Shown: piece after piece, positions 41,766 through 53,016 of the stretch | Layout: each line of letters starts with the position of its first letter | Numbering within the stretch: position 1 is the first letter of the stretch | DNA from: Octopus bimaculoides | Taxonomy: Eukaryota | NCBI RefSeq assembly: GCF_001194135.2 | Contig: NC_068993.1 | Span: forward strand, 14,701,298-14,765,297 | Direction of reading: 5' to 3' | DNA length: 64,000 nt | Notes under the pieces: model-generated | What the model was told of the DNA's origin: nothing | What the model saw: the letters and a program-made list of their open reading frames with translations, nothing else | Database searches by the model: none | Program-made: the position numbers and the translations under genes

Positions 41766-43169
41766 TCTTTTAGCTGCCACAGGGGCATCAGAGGAGGGAA
41801 CATTACAAGGTCACTTTTGGTGGTTGGGGTTACGTGAAAAATCAGAGTAAAACAATTGAAAGGATGTGAAATGAGAGAAAAGTATGCGCCGTATACAAAC
41901 AGCCATGATGCTTGTTATTATGATGAATTCTGGCCTAACGATGGTATAAATAGTTGAATATAACGCGTAATACAAAGATGAGTTGAGGAAGATATCTCAT
42001 ATCTAAAATAAGAGCAATTCGAACATATTTAAGTAATGACACAGGCAAGAATAAAAGCCATTCATAATTAAAACGAAATGATATACGAAAGAGACTAGAG
42101 GATAGTTTGTTGCACAGCACACCGCTGTCAATGTTCGTTCGATTCCTTCTTACAAACAAAATATTTATTAGTAACTTGGAGGATTGGAAATACATGAAGC
42201 TGCACGTCTTCAGGAAAACACTGTTTTAATTCGTGGTTATATCTTGGTAATGTTTTTGCTAACAGTCATATGCTTCAAACGGTCCACCACCGATTTCGTC
42301 TCAATTATTACTACATCAGTGAACTCGGCGAATTTATGTATCAATTTATCATTCGACTCATCATCATCATCATCATCATCATCATCAGCATCATCATCTT
42401 CGCCGTTACCATCATCGTCATAATCATTATTGTCATCGTCATTGTCATCGTCGTCATTCCCATCGCCATCATTTTCGACGTCATCATCTTCCTCGACATT
42501 TTTGATGATTCACACGCTTGACTATTCTAGAAACACCTATAAGAGACTCTTTACATCTAAATTCACTATCTAAATTAAATGTCTTTTCAAGTGATGCCAG
42601 ACTGTTTGCTATTTCACATTTACTTTAATATTTAAAAGATATTTTACTTAAAATATCTGTCTAAATTTTCTTCCGACCCTTCCTTCGATAAAATTCTGAA
42701 CGATTGTCTTGCTTTGATAATTCACAGCTAGTTTACATTCCACCTTTGTGATATACTGGTGTATATAAGCCTGCAAGCTGCGCTCTGTCGGGAAGTATTT
42801 TCCATATCAAATGGCTTTTGTTTGAAACAATGTTGCGAAGAAGAGCTTTTCGTTATTTACGTTTACCCTCGACGAAGTATGTACGTGCATACATTTATTT
42901 TCCTAGTTGTCAAATGACAATATGATGTATGCTGATTTTTCTGTTGCAGTTTTATTATTTTTCCATTTTCTGCCATTTGTTGTTTGTGTGCCCATTAATA
43001 TACATTTTTTCAGTTTGATTTCCTTTGTTGTGTGGTTGTTGTAATCGTTTGGCTCTGCAGCGATTCCGAGCTGAGAAGGAGCCATGTTTGCCCTAATGAT
43101 AGGTGGTAGAATTCAAATGAAAATATTTTAACAGCCGAAATGTCCCTGTACGAAATAAAATCTAAAATG

Positions 43170-44130
43170 AAAACAACATCCTTCGGTTACGCTTGTACAT
43201 CAACAACCCGCAGTGGATGTAAACACCTACACCGGAAGGGAAGCTACAAAACCAGAGGAATGATAAAACTTGTCTGATTTACAAAGCAAATATAACAAGG
43301 ATGCTTAAGTACCTAGAGTTCACCAAAAATATTGCAACATATTCTAGAACACAAGAACAGAAATCTACACAATTCCAAACGAATTTAAGGAAATGCGCAA
43401 CAGATCTGAATATAACCCTTGATATAAGTAAGTAGCAGGGAAAAAGTGGCTGCTATGCTAAACAAAAACATCAACCATTTAGTCAGCAAAAAGGTCAAAA
43501 ACAATAGGGAGTCTGCGGAGGCAAAAACCCCTGTGAACGCTACGTGCTCGAAAACAGATATACCGATATATACTAAAGAAAGAAGAATATATACCCATCA
43601 GCGTCTGAGATGTAGAAGACTATAAGTTGCACAGAAAGCAGTACAAGACCAATGCTTGCTTTCCAGAAACAGCGTATATTAAGTATGATATTGACCAAAA
43701 TGGAAGTTGTAAGGCTAATAGGATAAAACCGTGACGTTTCGAACTGTACGATACTGGTAGCAAATGACTATTAACATTGCCATGAAAAAGTGTCTCTACA
43801 CATACAGTTAGAATTATGCAAACACTACAAATTAAAAACCGGTATAAACACTATGCAAAACCAAAATGAATATGTTTTAGTAATAGTTTGGTGATATAAC
43901 AGTTGTGATAGAATCGATAATTCGAACAAATAGTCAAAATGTTATTTCCAACAGCAGAAAATATTAAACTTCGTACATGATTTCTATTAATATTCCATCA
44001 GAGACAAAAACATCATATCACCACAAGAAAGTGCTAAACGAAATAATTAAAATACTAACAAATAGGAATTATGATAAATGTAGCCTATTAAAACGAAAAG
44101 TGCCCCACTCAAAATAAAGCTTCATTTATG
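43170..44130 (+). mobile_element. Highly decayed R4/Dong-type (RLE-endonuclease) non-LTR retrotransposon, post-RT to endonuclease region
   Basis: Across frameshifts the motifs appear in the expected order: THQRLR..., AVQDQCLLSRN (cf. AAQDQxLxTRN), HEKVSLHIQLELCKHYKLKT (cf. RHDxVA.YIHWxLCK.Y), WDIT...DR.IRTN (cf. LWD..I.TD..I..NRPD), ISINIPS.KNI (cf. IDVSIPxDxNI). Confidence 0.75.
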
Positions 44131-44514
44131 ATACAAAAAGCGCGTGAAAAACGTTATAATGAACTCTCGGGTGAGCAAATTTTCCACGAAATTTTAAAGA
44201 TATTATTCTTTAGCCTTGTAAATATACAAGAAATAATTCTCTTACTCTAAATGAGAGTTACAGATTACCTGTAAATTTATACGCTATACCTTAACAGTAG
44301 GAACTTTCCTAATAGATGAAAAACTATACTTCAAAAAACTGCAACATTAATGCTATGCGTACAATGCACGCCTTTCTAGCGGTAAATAATGTACTTTTAT
44401 GGCAGCCGTATCTAGGAAACTAGAAGCAACTATTCACTCACGAGCTTTCTCTCCCTTCAAGACACTGGTAAGCGAATAATTAATATGCAGGGAAAAAAAG
44501 AAGGAATGAGGATA

Positions 44515-44915
44515 CAACAACAAGTACTACTACTACTATTACTAGAAGAAGAAGAAGAAGACGAAGACGAAGAAGGAGGAGGAGGGANNNNNNNNNNNNN
44601 NNNNNNNNNNNNNNNNNNNNNNNNNNNNNNNNNNNNNNNNNNNNNNNNNNNNNNNNNNNNNNNNNNNNNNNNNNNNNNNNNNNNNNNNNGGAGGAGGGGA
44701 TATGGTGACGATATTAATAAGAGTTGCAGATGTAACAACAACAATAATAATAATAAAAACATCAACAACAACGATGATGCATATGCTGATGGTGGTGGTG
44801 GTGGTGGTGGGGATGGTGATGATGATGATGATGACGATGATGATGATGATGATTAGGATGATGACGGTGATGACGACGACGACGAGGATGATAGCAATAA
44901 CAAGTTACCTTAATC
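44515..44915. repeat. Compound trinucleotide repeats (ACT)(GAA)(GGA)-gap-(AAC/AAT)(GGT)(GAT)
   Basis: Seen directly. Confidence 0.92.
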
Positions 44916-46215
44916 GTAATAATAAGAATATGTAACCTAGGTGAACTTAATTGCATAAATATCATTGTACAAAAGCTATATCATTATTGCAATTCTATTC
45001 CAGCATCCTTGCAATTAGATAATCGCAAGAACATTATATATCTGCATGTGAATGATTTTGTCAAATGAAGCGCTTTATGTTCTAAGATTACAATTGTTTT
45101 TTTTTTGTTTTTTTTTCGTTTGTTTCATGGAAATACTTCAGGGAAATTTTATAATAACTGTGGCGTTTCTATTTGAATGGAACACAAGGGATACGCTGTT
45201 AGATTGATGTGAGAATTTTGTATGAGTACTGTCTTTTTTTTTTTCTTCTTTTATTACTTTCCTACTGGAAAAGATTCGCTACTCAGAACAAACGCCACTT
45301 TCAATTAAGAGAACATTTCGGCTGACAACTGTTTATCTGTTTTACACCGGTTTTCAAAAGTCCCTTAATTAGTTATAAGTCTTTCTTGTTTCGTAATTTT
45401 TTGAAGATGCACACGCTGATATGTTTTACAATGTAGTAACAAGGCTTTGATATATGATAAAAAAAATAACAATACGCTTAGAATGTGATATAAGCTTAAA
45501 GACATGTGTATACGTATTATTAAATACATATTGCACCCGTTTAACTTCTGCGCATGATTCATATTATCAGAACCACAGCTGGTGGAATCCATATTTTATC
45601 GTATTAACACAAATATGGTGACGGTTCGCATCCAAGCAGCTGCCATGCGTTGATTTAATTGACATAACATTTAAATCACATACGAATCTGTTTTGCTATC
45701 GAAAATAAAGAAAAGCGAAATGATCCGCATTATAAGTTCTGTATTCTTTGATAATACCTCTAGAGGATTCCTAGTGTGAAGTAATGAGTCTATATTTTAG
45801 CAGGGCATATATATGTATCCATAAAGTGAGGAAGAAACTCAGCATTTTTAATAAAATACATTAATACCAAGAAGATATCTTTTTTTCGTTTTTGAGCGCA
45901 GTGGCTATTGACAACACCGCAGCTGTAAGAAAAATGTTCCTATACGAGAATCTTCTGTAATTTCTTCTCTAAAATGTCGGAAGAAATATAATGGTTACCT
46001 AATGCTCCTTCTTTATAAGTTATGAGACGTGTAAGATGTAGTATCTATATTTATAACGGGTAGACGCCAGAGAGTGTCTTTCTCACTGGCTAGAATTTAA
46101 TGGTGTGAATATCTACCGAAGTGAAATGATTCAGAGATTCATTTTTTTGGCAAAAAGTTTTCTCCTTTAACACACATATACATATATATACAAACATGAT
46201 ACATATAGATATGTT

Positions 46216-46253
<38 letters not shown>

Positions 46254-47046
46254 NNNNNNNNNNNNNNNNNNNNNNNNNNNNNNNNNNNNNNNNNNNNNNN
46301 NNNNNNNNNNNNNNNNNNNNNNNNNNNNNNNNNNNNNNNNNNNNNNNNNNNNNNNNNNNNNNNNNNNNNNNNNNNNNNNNNNNNNNNNNNNNNNNNNNNN
46401 NNNNNNNNNNNNNNNNNNNNNNNNNNNNNNNNNNNNNNNNNNNNNNNNNNNNNNNNNNNNNNNNNNNNNNNNNNNNNNNNNNNNNNNNNNNNNNNNNNNN
46501 NNNNNNNNNNNNNNNNNNNNNNNNNNNNNNNNNNNNNNNNNNNNNNNNNNNNNNNNNNNNNNNNNNNNNNNNNNNNNNNNNNNNNNNNNNNNNNNNNNNN
46601 NNNNNNNNNNNNNNNNNNNNNNNNNNNNNNNNNNNNNNNNNNNNNNNNNNNNNNNNNNNNNNNNNNNNNNNNNNNNNNNNNNNNNNNNNNNNNNNNNNNN
46701 NNNNNNNNNNNNNNNNNNNNNNNNNNNNNNNNNNNNNNNNNNNNNNNNNNNNNNNNNNNNNNNNNNNNNNNNNNNNNNNNNNNNNNNNNNNNNNNNNNNN
46801 NNNNNNNNNNNNNNNNNNNNNNNNNNNNNNNNNNNNNNNNNNNNNNNNNNNNNNNNNNNTATATATATATAATCTCTTTATATAATCTCTCTATATATGT
46901 GTCTGTATGTGTGTGTCCGTATGTGTCTATAGATGTATGTAGGCGCATGAGTGGCTTGCTAACCAACCACATGGTAAGCCATCCACTTATCACACGCCTA
47001 CATTTATTTATAGACACATACGGGGACACATATACACACATATATA

Positions 47047-47258
47047 GAGGGTGTCGACTAAATCTGCGTACGTGGAGTAAATTAAATCATAACTTAAATA
47101 GTTAAATATAAGAAATAATAATTTCTTGAAGTATGCGTTAATCCCCATGTTGGTACATAGAATAAATAACATCATAACATAAACAATTAAATATAAGAAA
47201 TACTAATTTCTGAAAGTATGTGTTACCCCCCATGTACCCGGACTTTGTGTCCACCCTG
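47047..47258. mobile_element. Tc1/mariner-type MITE, ~212 bp, TA target duplication, internal ~50 bp direct repeat
   Basis: Left end TA|GAGGGTGTCGACTAAATCTGCGTAC resembles the reverse complement of the right end, TA|CAGGGTGGACACAAAGTCCGGGTAC. The internal unit ttaaatataagaaata.taatttct..aagtatg.gtta..ccccatgt occurs twice. Confidence 0.75.
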
Positions 47259-48516
47259 TATAGTGAGAGATATTATATTTTCACTATTTGATATGTATAT
47301 GAAAATAGAATGGATATACGGAAAGAGAGAACTATACAAATAGAAACATAGATATCAAGATATGAAGGTAGAATAGCCAATACTTAAAATTTTTACAATA
47401 TTTATATCCATTTATACTAAGAGAACGAGTCAGAGAGAACATTTAATTTTTCGCCTAATTCAGTTGAAGATAATCTTCGATGGTGTAGCATAGAATCCGA
47501 TCAATTTAGACATCACATACTTAATTTTGACGTTATTTTGTATAATTTAAAAGACATTATACATGCTTGTATAAAAGACCAAACATGTATTTTTCTGCAC
47601 TGCTCAGTAATTTTGAAACATAATGCAACATTATGAAAGTGGAATCACTTCCATGTTTCAAGCAATTCAAAGTTAAATTCCATCAGGATAAGATATTGAT
47701 TAGAAATTTTACAAGCTCAGGATTGAATCTTAGTCTTTGCAGACACGTGATTTATTTATTTCACGGTTTAGAGTAGACTGTTTTGTCGTCTATATCACCT
47801 ATCTTCGTATTATATATATANNNNNNNNNNNNNNNNNNNNNNNNNNNNNNNNNNNNNNNNNNNNNNNNNNNNNNNNNNNNNNNNNNNNNNNNNNNNNNNN
47901 NNNNNNNNNNNNNNNNNNNNNNNNNNNNNNNNNNNNNNNNNNNNNNNNNNNNNNNNNNNNNNNNNNNNNNNNNNNNNNNNNNNNNNNNNNNNNNNNNNNN
48001 NNNNNNNNNNNNNNNNNNNNNNNNNNNNNNNNNNNNNNNNNNNNNNNNNNNNNNNNNNNNNNNNNNNNNNNNNNNNNNNNNNNNNNNNNNNNNNNNNNNN
48101 NNNNNNNNNNNNNNNNNNNNNNNNNNNNNNNNNNNNNNNNNNNNNNNNNNNNNNNNNNNNNNNNNNNNNNNNNNNNNNNNNNNNNNNNNNNNNNNNNNNN
48201 NNNNNNNNNNNNNNNNNNNNNNNNNNNNNNNNNNNNNNNNNNNNNNNNNNNNNNNNNNNNNNNNNNNNNNNNNNNNNNNNNNNNNNNNNNNNNNNNNNNN
48301 NATATATAAGGACGCAGGACAAACAGAGTGGGAGACAGACGTATACATGAATATCTAGATATGCATCTATACATGTGCGATATTTGTAAATCTTAACTTT
48401 TTGTGTTACAAAATACTCTCAGATAATACCAATGTTTTCTTTAAATGTTTTGGATGTGGCGGTGAATCTAGATTGTTTTATAGATTGCTTTATTTTTGTA
48501 TTTTGTATTTTCTCAG

Positions 48517-48767
48517 GCATGTTCTGTTTGTATTCAAGGACATCATTCGTGCCTTTGGGTATAAGAGTCATCTCTCCCATCATCAGTTCCACTGTATTTA
48601 GCGAACAGCACCGAAATACGATTTGTATATTTTTCTTATACCGAAAACTGTCTATTGCAGCTGTTGTCATTGAAGATATGCCGCTACTCACTAAGTACAA
48701 CATGTCATTGGATGCACACTGGATGTCGGTTTGCGTAGCTTCTGACAAGGTTTTTCGAATACAAAAA
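48517..48767 (+). CDS. Candidate internal exon of a host gene encoding a divergent MAM-like extracellular domain
   Basis: Textbook acceptor tttatttttgtattttgtattttctcag|G and donor AAA|GTAAAC (alternative AAG|GTTTTT at 48749). Translation (G)MFCLYSRTSFVPLGIRVISPIISSTVFSEQHRNTICIFFLYRKLSIAAVVIEDMPLLTKYNMSLDAHWMSVCVASDKVFRIQK carries MAM-like landmarks in order: RxISP, CxxFxY, WxxxxV, FxI. Confidence 0.5.
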
Positions 48768-51237
48768 GTAAACAGGCAAAAAAAAAAAATCTTACAGAAG
48801 TAAACCACATCCAAAGAAAAGATAAAACAAAAAAAGCAACAGAACAGAATATGAAGTATATAGGGAATTCACCGACTGAATGCAGATGCAAGCATGAATA
48901 TAACTATGAGGTAAAGAAAATAGCCAAATAATTACGATTAAATACACAAATACAAATACGCACAGGCTTATATTAGTAAAAGAAAAAAAAAATGAACGTG
49001 TTTTCACACATTCACACAGGAAACATGACGTAACCAAATAGACAAAAAGCTAGCTGATTTAAAGATTGGCAAATTGATACACATGCACGTAAAATATATA
49101 GGTATATTTCTTTTCATATGTGTATATGCTTGTATGTATATATATATGCATGTATGTATGCATTGAATGTATTATGTAAGCATACATGGATGCCTGTATG
49201 TAATTATGTATATATTTATTTGTATATGTATAATCTATATCTATCTATCTATCTATAAATGCGTATATATATTTACACACATGTATACATATGTATATAT
49301 ACATGTATATATGCGCGTATATATATATGTATATATATATATANNNNNNNNNNNNNNNNNNNNNNNNNNNNNNNNNNNNNNNNNNNNNNNNNNNNNNNNN
49401 NNNNNNNNNNNNNNNNNNNNNNNNNNNNNNNNNNNNNNNNNNNNNNNNNNNNNNNNNNNNNNNNNNNNNNNNNNNNNNNNNNNNNNNNNNNNNNNNNNNN
49501 NNNNNNNNNNNNNNNNNNNNNNNNNNNNNNNNNNNNNNNNNNNNNNNNNNNNNNNNNNNNNNNNNNNNNNNNNNNNNNNNNNNNNNNNNNNNNNNNNNNN
49601 NNNNNNNNNNNNNNNNNNNNNNNNNNNNNNNNNNNNNNNNNNNNNNNNNNNNNNNNNNNNNNNNNNNNNNNNNNNNNNNNNNNNNNNNNNNNNNNNNNNN
49701 NNNNNNNNNNNNNNNNNNNNNNNNNNNNNNNNNNNNNNNNNNNNNNNNNNNNNNNNNNNNNNNNNNNNNNNNNNNNNNNNNNNNNNNNNNNNNNNNNNNN
49801 NNNNNNNNNNNNNNNNNNNNNNNNNNNNNNNNNNNNNNNNNNNNNNNNNNNNNNNNNNNNNNNNNNNNNNNNNNNNNNNNNNNNNNNNNNNNNNNNNNNN
49901 NNNNNNNNNNNNNNNNNNNNNNNNNNNNNNNNNNNNNNNNNNNNNNNNNNNNNNNNNNNNNNNNNNNNNNNNNNNNNNNNNNNNNNNNNNNNNNNNNNNN
50001 NNNNNNNNNNNNNNNNNNNNNNNNNNNNNNNNNNNNNNNNNNNNNNNNNNNNNNNNNNNNNNNNNNNNNNNNNNNNNNNNNNNNNNNNNNNNNNNNNNNN
50101 NNNNNNNNNNNNNNNNNNNNNNNNNNNNNNNNNNNNNNNNNNNNNNNNNNNNNNNNNNNNNNNNNNNNNNNNNNNNNNNNNNNNNNNNNNNNNNNNNNNN
50201 NNNNNNNNNNNNNNNNNNNNNNNNNNNNNNNNNNNNNNNNNNNNNATACATATAGAAAGAGAGAGAGATCGAATTTGGTATAGGTAAATGTATGTACACT
50301 ATAACATCGTACACGTGTGTAAAGTATATGTGCGTATGTATACACGCTCTCACTTGCAATTGATGTAGATTTCCATGTATATAAATACTCATGCTTACGT
50401 TAAATCGTAATGACTGACATTTTTTTTTCTCAATTAAAATATGTGTACATGCTTTTCTGTACGTGGGACTACGTGTGAATGTTGATTCACAATGCATTAT
50501 ATGTAATTGCAAACATGTGTAATACTTAGTTATCAGAGGCATTGCACACATGGTACTTACATCTCATTCATACGCGTACAACATCTTGGGAAATACTTGA
50601 CAAAGATTAATCATTAATTCATGAAAGTACGAGTGTATATAAGAGGTTTTCTATGTAATTACATATTAAATCTCAATGCTACTTTTCCTTCTTCTTATGT
50701 AATTAATGCAATAATTATCTATCCAAATCCGTCTAAATACCTTCTGTATGTACATATATATGCATATATATGTGTGTATACATACATAATACATAAACAT
50801 ATATATATATAGTCATATATACATGCATATATATATGCATATATATACACACACACGCACCCACACACATATATATATATGTATATATATTTATNNNNNN
50901 NNNNNNNNNNNNNNNNNNNNNNNNNNNNNNNNNNNNNNNNNNNNNNNNNNNNNNNNNNNNNNNNNNNNNNNNNNNNNNNNNNNNNNNNNNNNNNNNNNNN
51001 NNNNNNNNNNNNNNNNNNNNNNNNNNNNNNNNNNNNNNNNNNNNNNNNNNNNNNNNNNNNNNNNNNNNNNNNNNNNNNNNNNNNNNNNNNNNNNNNNNNN
51101 NNNNNNNNNNNNNNNNNNNNNNNNNNNNNNNNNNNNNNNNNNNNNNNNNNNNATATATATATATATATATATATATATAAATGCATATATATATATAAAT
51201 TATTCAATAATTATATGCATCTGAGGAATTTCAACCA

Positions 51238-51538
51238 TGTTTCGTGGTCTGCTACCACAACAGCTCCTCTATAGGATCCAGTTAGCTAAAGACATCATCA
51301 GGAGGAACCACGTCCGTTTTCGTCCCCTACTCCTCTACCGTTATGACGCTGCAGCCAACACCCACCCACCCTTTCGGTGTTGTCTTCAGCTCTTTTGTTG
51401 GGTGCATGTCTTCTTTCTTTTGTTCCCTGGACTCTTCGATGCAGCATCAACGAGTGTCAGCGTCCGACTGACTGCCTTGTCAAATACCCCTTTTTATACC
51501 TGCTGCTAGGCTCCAGCAGCATTCCCCAACAAGGGGTC
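51238..51538 (-). mobile_element. Probable solo or truncated LTR
   Basis: A GC-richer island in AT-rich DNA. The minus strand has a TATA box in LTR-like context (gcaggTATAAAAagggg, 51487-51503) and ends ...accacgaaaCA. The other end abuts the inverted-repeat element; no TSD was found. Confidence 0.45.
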
Positions 51539-51668
51539 TGCTATGGTTCTCACTACGCACTGAATTAGAAATAGACGCTAATGTATTTTTTATTACCGTA
51601 ATATCTCCGTGAAATTAACACACTTTAGCGTCTATTTCTAATTCAATACGCGGTGAAACGCATAGCTG
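51538..51668. mobile_element. Small inverted-repeat element (MITE-like hairpin)
   Basis: Perfect 21-bp arms: tgaattagaaatagacgctaa (51561-51581) and ttagcgtctatttctaattca (51625-51645). They extend imperfectly to ~44 bp (c.gctatg...tcac...). Confidence 0.75.
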
Positions 51669-51744
51669 AGCCCTTGCTATAATTATGTATATAATTATAG
51701 AATAATTTGTAAAATTTACCTACGACCTTTTTAATCACTTACTG

Positions 51745-52410
51745 GCTACCTGTTAGTGGAAATTGTATCCGCCCAAGCAGTTCGCTGAAGTTTCAGCCAG
51801 TGTGATCTTCATGGATGCATTACTCGAAAGAAACCGCTCATCACTACCAGGCATAAATCAAATCGTCTTTCTTTTGCCGAAGCCTATGTGAGTAACGGGA
51901 AGGAGTTGGGAATAAAATCCTTTTTTTTTTCTGCCGAGACTAAAATTAACTTGTTTGAGTCAGATGGTATTAAAGAAGTATGGCAACGGCCACGTGAAGA
52001 TAATAGCGACAAAATTCACCGTGCCTACCTTGAAACACGGCGGCGGAACTGTTATGCTTTGGGAATACATGAGTGTGGCTGCTGTGGGAAGACTCATATT
52101 TATAGAGAGAACAATGGATTCAAGGCTTTATTCTAACATATTGCAGAAAACAATGCTGAAAAGCACCAAGGAACTAGGAAGGCATTCCATATTCAAACAT
52201 AAAAATGAACCTAAATACACCTAAAGACATCTTTCAAGATGAATGGAGGTCAATTCCATCGGTTATATTCAGAAATGTAGTCGACTCTATGCACGGAAAA
52301 TTTAATGTAGTCATTGAAAACAAGAGCAGTCACACCAAATATTGAATATAGGAAGTAAAACTTTAGGGTCTATATATTTTTGCATCGCCTGATAATAAAT
52401 ATTTCGTTCA
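51745..52410 (+). mobile_element. Degenerate Tc1-family transposase relic (stop codon, frameshift, internal deletion)
   Basis: Translation gives VSAQAVR*...LHGCITRKKPLITTRHKSNRLSFAEAY, FSAETKINLFESDG..VWQRP, TLKHGGGTVMLW..MSVAAVGRLIFIERTMD, IFKHKNEPKYT and EWRSIP...NVVDSM....VVIENKSSHTKY*. The WPSQSPDLNPIE segment is deleted. Confidence 0.92.
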
Positions 52411-52984
52411 TATCTTTGAAAATGTTTATTGTTTTGTGCTCCAAATTTGCATTATGTTTGCCTGTATAATATATTTTATTCAGTATAAATTTCTTTTGAT
52501 TTCCTTCGATATTGACAGAGTAATATTAATTTTATTGAATTGATTTAGTGATACATAATACATACATACATACATACATACATACATACATTCACACATT
52601 CACACATACATACGTACATACATACANNNNNNNNNNNNNNNNNNNNNNNNNNNNNNNNNNNNNNNNNNNNNNNNNNNNNNNNNNNNNNNNNNNNNNNNNN
52701 NNNNNNNNNNNNNNNNNNNNNNNNNNNNNNNNNNNNNNNNNNNNNNNNNNNNNNNNNNNNNNNNNNNNNNNNNNNNNNNNNNNNNNNNNNNNNNNNNNNN
52801 NNNNNNNNNNNNNNNNNNNNNNNNNNNNNNNNNNNNNNNNNNNNNNNNNNNNNNNNNNNNNNNNNNNNNNNNNNNNNNNNNNNNNNNNNNNNNNNNNNNN
52901 NNNNNNNNNNNNNNNNNNNNNNNNNNNNNNNNNNNNNNNNNNNNNNNNNNNNNNNNNNNNNNNNNNNNNNNNNNNNNNNNNNNN

Positions 52985-53016
<32 letters not shown>

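Noticed and set aside
51215-51237. TGG immediately after the putative LTR end (possible primer-binding site)
   Set aside because: The following bases do not match any tRNA 3' end I can recognise, and no internal gag/pol sequence follows.
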